Assembly (NCBI GenBank): GCA_036721855.1
Contig: DAIMKF010000001.1
Coordinates: 67,122-131,121, forward strand
DNA: 64,000 nucleotides
Direction: 5' to 3'
Source of the DNA: Bacillota bacterium
Lineage (GTDB): Bacteria > Bacillota > DTU065
Part shown: piece by piece, positions 35,838 through 46,245 of the stretch
Layout: each line of letters opens with the position of its first letter
How positions within the stretch are numbered: the first letter of the stretch is position 1
The notes under the pieces: generated by a model
Databases searched by the model: none
What the model was told of the DNA's origin: nothing
Seen by the model: the letters and a program-made list of their open reading frames with translations, nothing else
Position numbers and translations under genes: made by a program

Positions 35838-37688
35838 ATGGTATTAGCAACCAAATTTCAAGTGCCAGTACAGTTTGTGCAATCAACTCCAACAGTTAAG
35901 CTAAAAGAGGACCCGCTAAAAAGTTCATTTGAGGTTTTTCTAGAGGCTGAAAAAGAGTCTTTAGAAGCAGAAGACATTGAGACTAGACTGAATAACAAAA
36001 CAAAGAATCGCCCACCAGACTACCCGGATTTTTTACCGTTGCAACTGCTAATAGCTTTATATCAAATTCTTGAGCAAGAACCGGTTATACTTGACGACAA
36101 CCAATCATGGGCCACCGAAAGTAGTTTAACTGCCAAACAGCTTAAGTGGGCATTGCACCAAGTATCTCAAAAATTCAATTCTTTAGAGCTACAACAATTA
36201 GATCCGATAGAGAAAACCATTTTGGTATTTAAACAATTATTAGAGCCACCAAATCAATTTGACGATCTTTTAGATTTGGTAACTGACTTTGCTGATTTTG
36301 TACCAACTAACCAAATCGATTCAAACCAAGATATTGCAAATGACTCAACTGCGGCAGAAGTGATTCTAAATAAATTCTTACAAGACTTCCAACTTAGACC
36401 CACCCCTGAAACAGACTTTAACTCCAATCCATTGATTGCTTATGGGCTAAAAGATAGCGATAGTGAGAATAGTAAGTTACCAATCTCATCTACTGAGGAA
36501 TTTCGCAGGGTAATATTATCTCAAGGCAGCTTAGAACTTCACGAAAGTGTACCCAAAGAAGTCAGACAAGTATTTGAATACCTCTTAGATGCAAACAAAA
36601 TGCTTAGTATAGAATTGGATGTAGATCCTAAGTTAGTAAGAGATGCTAAAGCCAAAGCTAATCAAAGGGTGGCTATTTTATCAGCTATTAAAACAGACTC
36701 AGTTGTTCAAGATCTAGCCCAAACCTTAACTAGATTAAGCCAAAGATCAGCTGACATGGCTTATGGCCCCCTAGCGAAGGTACTCTCCTACCAAAGAGAT
36801 CCCACTGAGCCCTTCAATTTTGCTGACGATGATTTTTATGCTTATTTAGCCGAAGTAAATAAAGAAGGAGTTTCTATTTCTAAAAGCGCTGATAAAGATA
36901 CGTTTTTTGCCCAAAGACAAATTCAAGAATTATTTGAAGCAAATAGCTTTCCTTTAATTGCCAATAAAAAAGAATCTGTCTTAATTCAAAAAGACTCAAA
37001 CAGTTTAGTCAACAAAACAGAGCAAAAAAATCACAACTCAGCTATTAAAAAAACCGAGCAAAGTTTACTTGATTCAAAAACAGATCTTAAGAAAAGCTTT
37101 ACTTTGCTAACAACAAAAGAACCTTCTTTGGATGGAACAGAGAGAGACAATGATAAGCGGGATTTCTTGAAAACTGAAACCTTTCTGCCAAACAGTAAAG
37201 AAACAACATTTACGCCAAAAGATACTAGCAAGGAAGTCTTAGCTACAAAAAGGTTAGTAACCATCAAAGAGATACCCGAATTAGTGGTCAAAAGAGTTAA
37301 TCTTAGTCAGTTAGAAAGCGAAGTAATTAAGCTAAAACTCTATCCTCGTGAATTAGGAGAGGTTCGGATCTCCCTTAATGTTAAGTCGGAAATAGTGAAT
37401 ATGAAGTTGGAGTTTGAGAATCCTCTCAGTCAAAAAACATTTAAAGAGCAGCTTCCTCTACTTAAGGAAGCATTGGAAAGTCAAGGACTTCAACTTGGAG
37501 AGTTTAGTTTAGGGACAGGCTCTTTTAATAGGCAGGGAACCTACTTTAATAGACTAGAGCTAGCTGAGGAGTTCTCTTACCTTTTAGGTAATCAAAACAC
37601 AAACAGGACTGAGCAAGTATTGCCAAAAGAAGAGGTTGTTCAAGAAATTAGAAACAGGCAGGATAGTCTTGTAGATTACAGAGTCTAA
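35838..37688 (+). CDS. fliK: Flagellar hook-length control protein FliK (long, 616 aa)
   Basis: Low-complexity central region and C-terminal Flg_hook domain (LYPRELGEVRISL...). Confidence 0.7.
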   Translation: MVLATKFQVPVQFVQSTPTVKLKEDPLKSSFEVFLEAEKESLEAEDIETRLNNKTKNRPPDYPDFLPLQLLIALYQILEQEPVILDDNQSWATESSLTAKQLKWALHQVSQKFNSLELQQLDPIEKTILVFKQLLEPPNQFDDLLDLVTDFADFVPTNQIDSNQDIANDSTAAEVILNKFLQDFQLRPTPETDFNSNPLIAYGLKDSDSENSKLPISSTEEFRRVILSQGSLELHESVPKEVRQVFEYLLDANKMLSIELDVDPKLVRDAKAKANQRVAILSAIKTDSVVQDLAQTLTRLSQRSADMAYGPLAKVLSYQRDPTEPFNFADDDFYAYLAEVNKEGVSISKSADKDTFFAQRQIQELFEANSFPLIANKKESVLIQKDSNSLVNKTEQKNHNSAIKKTEQSLLDSKTDLKKSFTLLTTKEPSLDGTERDNDKRDFLKTETFLPNSKETTFTPKDTSKEVLATKRLVTIKEIPELVVKRVNLSQLESEVIKLKLYPRELGEVRISLNVKSEIVNMKLEFENPLSQKTFKEQLPLLKEALESQGLQLGEFSLGTGSFNRQGTYFNRLELAEEFSYLLGNQNTNRTEQVLPKEEVVQEIRNRQDSLVDYRV

Positions 37689-37692
37689 GGGG

Positions 37693-38130
37693 GTGTTAAA
37701 TAGAATGAGTTACACAGCAAATTCCATTAACTCGACAACTAGCTACACAGCAAGTAGAAAAACTGAAGAAAAGAGAGATATTTTAGGCAAAGACGATTTT
37801 CTCAAGCTTTTAATCACAGAACTTAGATATCAAGACCCAATGAACCCATTAAATGATCGTGAATTCATTGCTCAAATGGCACAGTTTACCAGCCTTGAGC
37901 AGCTCCAAAATATGAATAAACTTCTGGAAATTTTTACCGGTTCCCAGCAAGCACTTAGTATGTTTGCTCAAGCAACCAATTTGATCGGTTGCAAGGTTAA
38001 AGTAGATACAGGGGATGAAGATATCAAAGAAGGCTTAGTCGAAGCGGTGCGCTTTAGTATGTCAGGGCCGGTGATAATTGTCGACGGTAAAGATTATATG
38101 CTGGCTGATTTGCTTGAAGTGAGTAAGTAG
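37693..38130 (+). CDS. flgD: Flagellar hook capping/assembly protein FlgD
   Basis: KDDFLKLLITELRYQDPMNPLNDREFIAQMAQFTSLEQ. Confidence 0.75.
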   Translation: MLNRMSYTANSINSTTSYTASRKTEEKRDILGKDDFLKLLITELRYQDPMNPLNDREFIAQMAQFTSLEQLQNMNKLLEIFTGSQQALSMFAQATNLIGCKVKVDTGDEDIKEGLVEAVRFSMSGPVIIVDGKDYMLADLLEVSK

Positions 38131-38138
38131 GTGATATT

Positions 38139-38510
38139 TTGAATCCGATAATAAAAACCAAGTTAATACCGCCTAATATTGCTGCTCAAAAACAGCTATC
38201 GCCAAAAAGACAGGAAACTCAACCAGGTTTTGAACAATATTTAAATGCTGCCGTCGATGAGCTGAAGTTTTCTAAACATGCCCTTTTAAGACTAGAAAAC
38301 AGAAAACTAGATCCTGAAGCAAATCAAATTGCGAGGTTGCAAGAAGGTATTGAGATGGCAAGAAGCAAAGGGAGCAAAAATACTCTGGTCTTGGTAGATA
38401 ATTTGGCTTTTGTGGTCAGTGTGAAAAACAATACTGTGGTTACGGCAATGTGTGTGGAACAAAAGGAGAGCAAAGTTTTTTCTCAGATTGATACTACGGT
38501 AATAAATTAA
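38139..38510 (+). CDS. Small flagellar-operon protein of the family found between flgD and flgE in Clostridia-like operons
   Basis: 123 aa; its conserved position is the main evidence. Confidence 0.45.
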   Translation: MNPIIKTKLIPPNIAAQKQLSPKRQETQPGFEQYLNAAVDELKFSKHALLRLENRKLDPEANQIARLQEGIEMARSKGSKNTLVLVDNLAFVVSVKNNTVVTAMCVEQKESKVFSQIDTTVIN

Positions 38511-38582
38511 AAAGCGGGTCCTAAAAAGGACGCTTTCTGCCGTGGAATGACAGAAGCGGCAGGAATGGAGGCGTGAGCTTAT

Positions 38583-40193
38583 ATGATGCGTTCACTTTAC
38601 TCAGGTGTTACAGGCCTGAGGACTCATCAGACAAAAATGGATGTTATCGGCAACAATATTGCTAACGTTAATACAGTAGGCTATAAAGGTTCACGTGTAA
38701 CATTTCAAGAGGTTTTAACCCAAACACTACGTGGACCAAGTGCACCTCAAGGTGAAAAAGGCGGCATAAATCCTATGCAAGTAGGTCTTGGTGTGGGGTT
38801 GGGGACAATCGAAACAGTTCACTCACCGGGAAATTTGCAAGGAACAAACAATACATCTGATCTAGCTTTAGAAGGAGACGGGTTTTTTATTGTCAGCAAC
38901 GGCACAAAGAATTTTTATACCAGAGCCGGTGCCTTTACCCTAGAAAACAATGCTCGGTTAGTCGCAGGTAATACCGGCATGGTTGTTATGGGCTGGAAGG
39001 CTAACAAAGGTAAAATTGATGTCAATAAATCCTTAGAACCCATTGAAATAAACAAAGGCGAAGTTATAGAGCCTTTGGCCACCACTCAGATAACTTATAA
39101 AGGCAACCTTGATTCTCGCAACACAGGTAAGCTCGAACTAAAAGCCAACCCCTGGTCATTAAGTAGCGGTGCAAACAATGCAAGATTAAATTTAGCTTTA
39201 GAACCTACTGGAAACTTCAATGAATTTAGATATGTAATCTCAGCTACAGCCGGTAAAATTGTCAAACTCAGTGATTCTTCCCTGGTTGAGTCTGTTACGG
39301 GAATCATATCTCTTAAGGCCAATGGATCCATTAAGGATATTACCCCTGACTCCAATGAAATTTTTTCTGTTTGGGGTGGAGATCTTCCGGGTACAGCTCT
39401 TGGAAACATTGGCATAGACCCTAGTGATGATAATGCCCTTTTTAGTGTGGGGGCCAATAACTTAGCTTTATCCGATTTCCGTTTTGAAGAGGCTCAAAAA
39501 GCAGTAACTGCTGTACAGGTAATAGATTCTCTAGGCACAGAGCATGAAATAATAATGAAGTTTACCAAAAAAGATAATAACGTCTGGAAATGGGAGATTG
39601 AAACACCTAATTTACAACCTTTATCTGTAACCAACGGTGAGATAACCTTTACTGCCGGCGGTGCAGTACAAAACGTTTCATATCTAAATGCCGATGGTAC
39701 AGTGGCATCATCAGCTGCGATGCGTTTTGGCGTTCCCGGTGACTCTGATGTCTTAACAATCCAGCCCGATTTCGGTGAATTAAATCAATTCGCTCAAGGG
39801 ACAGACTTAAAAAGAGATCAAAACGGTTTTAAGATGGGAACCCTGGAAAACTATCTTATCGATTCCAATGGAGTTATTACCGGAATTTATTCCAACGGTT
39901 TAAATAGAGCTTTAGGTCAACTAGCGGTGGCTAACTTTGCTAACCCAGCCGGCCTGTTAAGAGCTCCCGGTACACTTTTTGAAGAATCCAGCAACTCAGG
40001 TTCTGCTCAGATTGGGCAGGCCGGTACTGGAGGTAGAGGGTCAATCAAACCTTCTACTTTAGAGATGTCCAATGTTGATCTTTCACAGGAATTTACCGAG
40101 ATGATAGTAACTCAAAGAGGATTCCAAGCCAATTCCCGAATTATTACCACAAGTGATGAGATGCTACAAGAGATCGTTAATTTACGCCGGTAA
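38583..40193 (+). CDS. flgE: Flagellar hook protein FlgE
   Basis: MMRSLYSGVTGLRTHQTKMDVIGNNIANVNTVGYK N-terminus and conserved C-terminal ...TQRGFQANSRIITTSDEMLQ. Confidence 0.9.
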   Translation: MMRSLYSGVTGLRTHQTKMDVIGNNIANVNTVGYKGSRVTFQEVLTQTLRGPSAPQGEKGGINPMQVGLGVGLGTIETVHSPGNLQGTNNTSDLALEGDGFFIVSNGTKNFYTRAGAFTLENNARLVAGNTGMVVMGWKANKGKIDVNKSLEPIEINKGEVIEPLATTQITYKGNLDSRNTGKLELKANPWSLSSGANNARLNLALEPTGNFNEFRYVISATAGKIVKLSDSSLVESVTGIISLKANGSIKDITPDSNEIFSVWGGDLPGTALGNIGIDPSDDNALFSVGANNLALSDFRFEEAQKAVTAVQVIDSLGTEHEIIMKFTKKDNNVWKWEIETPNLQPLSVTNGEITFTAGGAVQNVSYLNADGTVASSAAMRFGVPGDSDVLTIQPDFGELNQFAQGTDLKRDQNGFKMGTLENYLIDSNGVITGIYSNGLNRALGQLAVANFANPAGLLRAPGTLFEESSNSGSAQIGQAGTGGRGSIKPSTLEMSNVDLSQEFTEMIVTQRGFQANSRIITTSDEMLQEIVNLRR

Positions 40194-40197
40194 AAAA

Positions 40198-40220
40198 CAG
40201 GCGGTCTTTTTAGACCGCCT
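40198..40220. other. Perfect 9-bp stem-loop (AGGCGGTCT-tttt-AGACCGCCT) directly after flgE, with an A-run upstream and no downstream T-run
   Basis: Seen directly; may be a partial terminator or an RNA-stabilising 3' structure. Confidence 0.35.
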
Positions 40221-40259
40221 AAATAAGCTTGCCTGTAAACTTGGCAAGGGAGTGATTAT

Positions 40260-40457
40260 ATGATTAAACTAACCAAATTAGACGGCAAAGTCTTCTACCT
40301 TAATCCTCATTTAATCGAAACAATTGAGTCTACACCTGATACAGTAATTACCATTGCAGGTGGAAGAAAAATATTAGTACAAGAGCAAGCTGAATCAATT
40401 GTTGATTCTATTGTCAGCTATAGGCGGAACATAAGTTTTAAATTAATCGAAGACTAA
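40260..40457 (+). CDS. flbD: Flagellar protein FlbD (SwrD-like)
   Basis: 65 aa, MIKLTKLDGKVFYLNPHLIETIE... typical FlbD; precedes motA. Confidence 0.7.
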   Translation: MIKLTKLDGKVFYLNPHLIETIESTPDTVITIAGGRKILVQEQAESIVDSIVSYRRNISFKLIED

Positions 40458-40472
40458 GGGGGGTGAAACCAC

Positions 40473-41279
40473 TTGGATCTAGGAACTTTAGGAGGGCAAA
40501 TCTTTGGCTGGGCTATTATTATAATAGCTATTATGATGGAACCGAAAACTGCAGGTACATTTTTACATCTTCCATCGGCTTTAATTACCTTCGGTGGTAC
40601 AATAGGAGCTACAGTTACCTATTTTCCCTTAAGACAACTGGCAAAAATTCCTTCCTTGCTTTTTGTAGCATTAAAAGAAGATGCTTATAATCCGGCTGAA
40701 CTTATTTCTTCTTTAGTTCGCTTAGCCGAGAAAGCAAGACGTGAAGGTCTTTTAGCTTTGGAAGATGATCTACAAAACGAAAAAGATGGCTTCTTACGAA
40801 AAGGGATTCAGTTGGTAGTAGATGGTACAGATCCGGATCTGGTTCGCAGTATATTAGATATTGAAATATCATATTTAGAGGAAAGGCATCAAGAGGGTCA
40901 GGATGTTTTTAAGTTTATGGCCAGTGTAGCGCCTGCTTTTGGTATGATTGGAACTTTAATCGGTTTAATACAGATGTTAACAACCTTAGATGATCCCAGT
41001 ACCATTGCTTCTGCTATGGGTGTAGCTTTGATTACTTCCTTATACGGTTCTTTGTTGGCCAATGTGGTTTGTACTCCGATTGCAGGGAAACTAGCTATTC
41101 GTTCACGCAAGGAAGTCTTACTTAAAGAACTCATGGTAGAGGGAATACTGTCACTACAGGCTGGCGAAAACCCACGCATTGTAGAGGAAAAACTAAAATC
41201 CTTCTTATCTCCTAAATACCGCGACAATCTCCCCTTAGAAAAAAAGGAGCAAGAGCGGGTGATGCAGAGTGCCTCGTAA
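40473..41279 (+). CDS. motA: Flagellar motor stator protein MotA
   Basis: 4-TM MotA/TolQ/ExbB proton-channel family. Confidence 0.85.
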   Translation: MDLGTLGGQIFGWAIIIIAIMMEPKTAGTFLHLPSALITFGGTIGATVTYFPLRQLAKIPSLLFVALKEDAYNPAELISSLVRLAEKARREGLLALEDDLQNEKDGFLRKGIQLVVDGTDPDLVRSILDIEISYLEERHQEGQDVFKFMASVAPAFGMIGTLIGLIQMLTTLDDPSTIASAMGVALITSLYGSLLANVVCTPIAGKLAIRSRKEVLLKELMVEGILSLQAGENPRIVEEKLKSFLSPKYRDNLPLEKKEQERVMQSAS

Positions 41280-42081
41280 AAGGAAAAATAAAGGTGGCGA
41301 AGATTTTAGTTCAGCTCCCGCATATATGACTACCTGGGGCGATATGATGAGTTTGCTGCTTTGTTTTTTCATACTGTTATATAGTTTTTCTTCGGTCGAT
41401 GCCCAGAAGTTTAAAGCAATCGTCTCAGCTTTTCAAGGCTTGGCCGGCATTTTAGACAGTGGTAAAAGCATTCAAAAAGAAGGTTATTTAATTGAGCCGA
41501 CTTCGCAGTTTTCTGACTTAAGGATCGAAGAAAGTGAAGGCGATTTAGCTGATTTAGACATTCTGGCACTTAAGGTTTCAGAACTCCTCGAGGAAGAGGG
41601 ATTTTCGGATCAGGTCGAACTCGGTATAGAAGACAGAGGGTTAATAATGCGTTTTAAGGATGTCGTGCTTTTTGATTTGGGATCTGATGAACTAAAGGAA
41701 GAACCAAAAGTTATGTTAAAAAAATTAAGCTATATTTTGGAACAGGTACCACTGCCAATTAGAATTGAAGGCCATACGGATAATTTGCCAATCAATAATT
41801 TGCGCTTTCCATCTAACTGGGAGTTATCTGTAGCTAGAGCAACTAAAGTGGTCAGGTTTCTTATTGAAGAAGGTTCTTTAGCTCCGGATAGACTATCAGC
41901 TTTAGGTTTTGGTGAGTATCGACCTATAGAGACCAATGATACTGTTTTAAACAGAGACAAAAATCGACGTGTAGATATTGTTGTTTTGCGTCCTTCCTTG
42001 GCCGAAAGCGAACCCGGAGCAGCTTGGATAGATGAATTAAATCGAACTTATATGGCTAAACCAGCAGGAGAGGATGAGTAA
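41269..42081 (+). CDS. motB: Flagellar motor stator protein MotB (OmpA-like C-terminus)
   Basis: N-terminal TM with the conserved Asp region; C-terminal OmpA-like domain (NRRVDIVV). Confidence 0.85.
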   Translation: MPRKRKNKGGEDFSSAPAYMTTWGDMMSLLLCFFILLYSFSSVDAQKFKAIVSAFQGLAGILDSGKSIQKEGYLIEPTSQFSDLRIEESEGDLADLDILALKVSELLEEEGFSDQVELGIEDRGLIMRFKDVVLFDLGSDELKEEPKVMLKKLSYILEQVPLPIRIEGHTDNLPINNLRFPSNWELSVARATKVVRFLIEEGSLAPDRLSALGFGEYRPIETNDTVLNRDKNRRVDIVVLRPSLAESEPGAAWIDELNRTYMAKPAGEDE

Positions 42082-42083
42082 AA

Positions 42084-42542
42084 GTGGCGGAAAAGAGGAT
42101 TGTTGTCGATGGTAAGTTTGTTGTTTTACTTGTAGCTTTAGTGATTTTAGCTACTTCCGGGAGTGCACTTTTAACTAGCCGCTTGCTTGGTCAACCAGCT
42201 CAAGAAAGAATAACCAAGGAAAAAATACCGGAATTTGGTCCCCGTATCGAGTTTGAAACAATAATAGTAAATTTGCAAACTCTCAATAGCCGTTCCAATC
42301 GCTACTTGCGTCTCAAGATGGTTATCGAATTTAACAATGATAAAATACTTAAAGATATAGATAAATATAATACTGTTTTACAGGATAAAGCGATTGAAAT
42401 TCTAAGGTGTAAAACTGCAGAAGATTTAGCAGGAGGAGATGCGCAGGTAAAACTGCGCCAGGAAATACGTAAAGCATTTAACGAAATTTTACCAGGAGCT
42501 CCAGTAACTAGCATTTACTTTATCGATTTTTTAATCTCTTAA
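42084..42542 (+). CDS. fliL: Flagellar basal body-associated protein FliL
   Basis: Single TM plus FliL domain; position before fliM. Confidence 0.7.
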   Translation: MAEKRIVVDGKFVVLLVALVILATSGSALLTSRLLGQPAQERITKEKIPEFGPRIEFETIIVNLQTLNSRSNRYLRLKMVIEFNNDKILKDIDKYNTVLQDKAIEILRCKTAEDLAGGDAQVKLRQEIRKAFNEILPGAPVTSIYFIDFLIS

Positions 42543-42559
42543 CAGCAATAAGGCTGGAG

Positions 42560-43522
42560 GTGAGCAAAATGGCTGAAATATTATCACAAAAAGAACTCGA
42601 TGCCTTGCTACTGGGAGTCAAAAAAACAGTAGCTGGTGAAGGTAAAAAGATTAAACGCTATGATTTTAAACATCCGGATAAATTTTCCAAAGACCATATC
42701 AGAACACTGCAAATGCTTCATGAAAACCTGGCGAGACTGTGGTCATCTTCAATGTCAGCTCACCTAAGAGGTTCGGTTCAAATTGAGGTTATCTCCATCG
42801 AACAGATTAGCTATGAGGAGTTTATCAAACAACTTCCCAATCCAACAGTACTAGCGACCATTTCTCTACAGCCACTACCAGGATTAATGGTTTGGGAGTT
42901 AAATCCAGATATTTGTATCAGCTTTGTCGAACGGCTTTTAGGTGGCAGTGGCGATGCCGAACAATTCCGGCACGAGCTTACAGAGATAGAACTAACCGTT
43001 ATTCACAATACCCTATCTAAAATGGTAAGTGACATCCGTACAGCTTGGGCTAATGTTTTAAGCGTCAGTGCGGAACTGGTTAATCTTGAAGTTAATCCTC
43101 AGTTTTGTCAAGTTGCTCCACCAACAGAAATGGTTATTTTAGTTAGCTTTGAAATAAGACTCAATCATAAAACAGGTTTAATGAATATCTGTCTTCCTTA
43201 TTCGTTGCTTGAAGCAACTCTACCAAGGCTTAGTGCTCAGTACTGGTTTGCCAGTGGGGAAAAAGGCAACGATGAAGCAGCTAAAAAAGCAATAAAAAAC
43301 TTGCTGGAACCTACTTTTCAAGAATTGAGTGTGGAACTAGGCAAGGTTACAGTTACAGTTAACGAACTTTTAGATGTAGAAGTCGGAGATGTAGTTAAAC
43401 TGAGAACCAATATTGATGAGGATTTAAATGTTCTTATGGATGGCAGAACTAAATTTACTTGCAAACCAGGGCTAGCAGGCAATAAACTTGCTGTTGAAAT
43501 AACCAAACTTGTTTCTAATTAG
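42560..43522 (+). CDS. fliM: Flagellar motor switch protein FliM
   Basis: N-terminal LSQKELDALL CheY-binding motif and FliM core. Confidence 0.9.
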   Translation: MSKMAEILSQKELDALLLGVKKTVAGEGKKIKRYDFKHPDKFSKDHIRTLQMLHENLARLWSSSMSAHLRGSVQIEVISIEQISYEEFIKQLPNPTVLATISLQPLPGLMVWELNPDICISFVERLLGGSGDAEQFRHELTEIELTVIHNTLSKMVSDIRTAWANVLSVSAELVNLEVNPQFCQVAPPTEMVILVSFEIRLNHKTGLMNICLPYSLLEATLPRLSAQYWFASGEKGNDEAAKKAIKNLLEPTFQELSVELGKVTVTVNELLDVEVGDVVKLRTNIDEDLNVLMDGRTKFTCKPGLAGNKLAVEITKLVSN

Positions 43523-43700
43523 GTTAAAGGTATTTGAAAATCCGTGTAATTCGAAAAATTGAAAGAATTTACTAAAATATATAGCTAACATTGGCGAGAA
43601 TAATTTAGGAAAGGAGGAAGCAAGTTAGTCCGCATTTTTACCACAGCTAAAAGCAGTGGACTTTCTGCGGTTTATCTTGTGAACTAAAATGAAGGATCAT

Positions 43701-44783
43701 ATGCTTTCTCAAGAAGAGGTTGATGCATTGGTTAAAACTAAAGAAAAACCTTCAAATGAAGAAAAGAATAAGCTTGATGAAGCAAGGGAGAAACCTTTGG
43801 TAAGGGATGTTTCACCCCAAGCGTTAAATTTATTCCAGCATTTAGAAAGTAAACTCGGTGAGACCATTGCTCTTTTAACAAGTGTACAAGCTCAAACTTT
43901 AAAAGAAAAAGCTTCTATTGAACCTGCAAGTGCCATTGGTGAACACCGCTTTATTATTAGTTTGGGCAATACCGATGATGGTATGGATATACTAATCTAT
44001 CTCGATGAAGAGGCAGCCAAAAGCATCTTATCTCAAATTGCAGCAGAACCCGATAACGCAAATATTTTTTCAGATACCAACATGGATGCTTTAGGCAGGA
44101 TTATTGAAGCTTTAAGCTTACAGTTTTCAACAGCAGTTTCATTTCTTAGCAGAAAACACTTTGATTTAGCAGTCGCTCTTCCTAAAGGACTAAGTGGTCT
44201 ACAGGATTTCCTGGATTTGAGCAAAGAATATCTTGTCTTAGAATACTCACTTATCTGGGATGAAGTTGAGGTGGGTAAGTTGGGCTTTATTGTTGAAGAT
44301 AGTAGTTTGGAAAAGTTATTCCTAGGTAAAGAAGATAAAAAAGATGATGAACCTGCTGTAAGCTTGGATTCCTTAATAGAAAGTATGAATAAAGAAGATG
44401 ATGAGGATATCTTGTCCCAATTTAGCGAAGATTTAAGTGCTGAAGAATCAGCTGAAGTAGTAGTAAAACCTGTACAGTTTGGTCAACTTAAGCAAAAAAC
44501 TCAAATAGAGCCATTTGAAAAAGACTCTAATCTGGATATTATCTTAGATCTACCCGTATCACTTACCGTAGAACTCGGCCGTACTCATAAAACCCTCAAA
44601 GAGATACTCGACTTAAAACCAGGGTCTATAATTGAATTGGAGCGTTTAGCCGGAGAACCAGTTGATGTGCTGGCCAATGGTGTTTTTGTAGCCAAAGGTG
44701 AAGTTGTGGTGATTGACGAAACTTTTGGCGTTAAAATAACCGAAATAGCCAGCAAACAACAGCGTATTACTAGAATTAAGTAA
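43701..44783 (+). CDS. fliY: Flagellar motor switch protein FliY (CheC-like domain plus FliN C-terminus)
   Basis: N-terminal [10 protein letters not shown] and C-terminal FliN/SpoA domain ([24 protein letters not shown]...). Confidence 0.85.
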   Translation: MLSQEEVDALVKTKEKPSNEEKNKLDEAREKPLVRDVSPQALNLFQHLESKLGETIALLTSVQAQTLKEKASIEPASAIGEHRFIISLGNTDDGMDILIYLDEEAAKSILSQIAAEPDNANIFSDTNMDALGRIIEALSLQFSTAVSFLSRKHFDLAVALPKGLSGLQDFLDLSKEYLVLEYSLIWDEVEVGKLGFIVEDSSLEKLFLGKEDKKDDEPAVSLDSLIESMNKEDDEDILSQFSEDLSAEESAEVVVKPVQFGQLKQKTQIEPFEKDSNLDIILDLPVSLTVELGRTHKTLKEILDLKPGSIIELERLAGEPVDVLANGVFVAKGEVVVIDETFGVKITEIASKQQRITRIK

Positions 44784-44795
44784 GAGGGGAACAGT

Positions 44796-45083
44796 ATGGA
44801 TTGGATCTTTACAATTAAGTGGCTATTATCCACAGTCGGCGTTTTAGGTCTTGTGTTTCTAATTTTTTACTTAAGTGGTAGAAATTATAAACGCAAAGGT
44901 CGAGATCTGGAAATCATAGAAGGTCTACCACTTGGTAATAGGCAAGGGATCTATCTAATAAGAGCGAAAGATCGCATTTTAGTGGTGGGGATCTCTAATA
45001 ATGGAATGCAGGTATTAAGCGAGTTTACCTCCCAAAAACCAGAAGAAGATAAAAATGTTGCCGCCACAAAGGAAGGAAATTAG
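44796..45083 (+). CDS. fliO: FliO/FliZ-like small membrane protein
   Basis: 95 aa, single TM, position before fliP. Confidence 0.6.
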   Translation: MDWIFTIKWLLSTVGVLGLVFLIFYLSGRNYKRKGRDLEIIEGLPLGNRQGIYLIRAKDRILVVGISNNGMQVLSEFTSQKPEEDKNVAATKEGN

Positions 45084-45085
45084 AA

Positions 45086-45850
45086 GTGAAAAGAAGACAA
45101 ATAGGGAGATTGATCCTAGTTGTTCTATTTTTAACGATACTTGCAGTTCCAACTTTAGCAGATAATGAAACGATTCCAATCCCTTCAATTAAGCTTGATA
45201 TTGGCCGGGCAAGCGGACCAGATGATGTAGTGAGTACTTTACAACTTGTACTACTTTTAACTGTTTTATCCCTGGCACCTTCTATTTTAATTCTTACCAC
45301 AGCATTCACCAGAATTATTATTGTTTTATCTTTACTACGCAACGCAATCGGTACACAACAAGTACCGCCAAATCAGGTGCTAATTGGGTTGGCCCTTTTT
45401 CTAACCTTTTTTGTTATGGCCCCGGTTTGGAATAATATAAATACTAATGCTATAGAGCCTTATATAAACGAGCAGATTACTTTTTATGAAGCTTCACAAA
45501 GAGCTTTAAATCCGTTAAGAGAGTATATGCAAAAACAAACCAGAGAAAACGACCTTAAGCTTTTTTTAGAGATGTATGGACAAGCTACAGTAGATAATGT
45601 GGCTGAAATTCCAGATTATGTGTTAATGCCGGCTTACCTTATCAGTGAGTTAAAAACCGCTTTTCAAATGGGATTCATTCTCTATATACCCTTTATAGTG
45701 ATTGATATGGTTGTAGCCAGTATTCTGATGTCTATGGGTATGTTAATGCTTCCGCCTGTAATGATCTCATTGCCCTTTAAGATTTTATTATTTGTTATGG
45801 TCGATGGATGGAGTATTGTAACCAGATCACTAGTACTTAGTTTTAGATAG
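45086..45850 (+). CDS. fliP: Flagellar biosynthesis protein FliP
   Basis: Signal peptide plus conserved FliP TM helices. Confidence 0.9.
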   Translation: MKRRQIGRLILVVLFLTILAVPTLADNETIPIPSIKLDIGRASGPDDVVSTLQLVLLLTVLSLAPSILILTTAFTRIIIVLSLLRNAIGTQQVPPNQVLIGLALFLTFFVMAPVWNNINTNAIEPYINEQITFYEASQRALNPLREYMQKQTRENDLKLFLEMYGQATVDNVAEIPDYVLMPAYLISELKTAFQMGFILYIPFIVIDMVVASILMSMGMLMLPPVMISLPFKILLFVMVDGWSIVTRSLVLSFR

Positions 45851-45861
45851 GAGAAAAATAT

Positions 45862-46131
45862 ATGAGCGATGCACTAATTGTTGATATCGGCAGAGATGCA
45901 GTTATGACAGCTCTTCTAGTATCCGCACCTGCTCTAATCATTGCCATGGTTGTCGGTCTTTTGGTCAGTATTTTTCAAGCAGCAACTCAGATTCAAGAAC
46001 AAACCTTAACCTTCGTACCTAAAATTGTGGCTATTTTATTAGCCATTGTTATCTTTGGCCCTTGGATGTTGCAAGTACTCAAAGCTTTTGCCGAAAGGCT
46101 TTTGTTAAACTTGCATACCTTTATCGGTTAG
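45862..46131 (+). CDS. fliQ: Flagellar biosynthesis protein FliQ
   Basis: 89 aa with two TM helices. Confidence 0.9.
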   Translation: MSDALIVDIGRDAVMTALLVSAPALIIAMVVGLLVSIFQAATQIQEQTLTFVPKIVAILLAIVIFGPWMLQVLKAFAERLLLNLHTFIG

Positions 46132-46245
46132 AGTATTTTTACATGTACTTAATTTTCCAAGAAAGAAACCGAGATTGTGTTAGAAGGGGGGGAATTAGAA
46201 TTACTGCCTTTTGAATGAAGTAAGCGCAGGTAATTCTTTGCTTTT

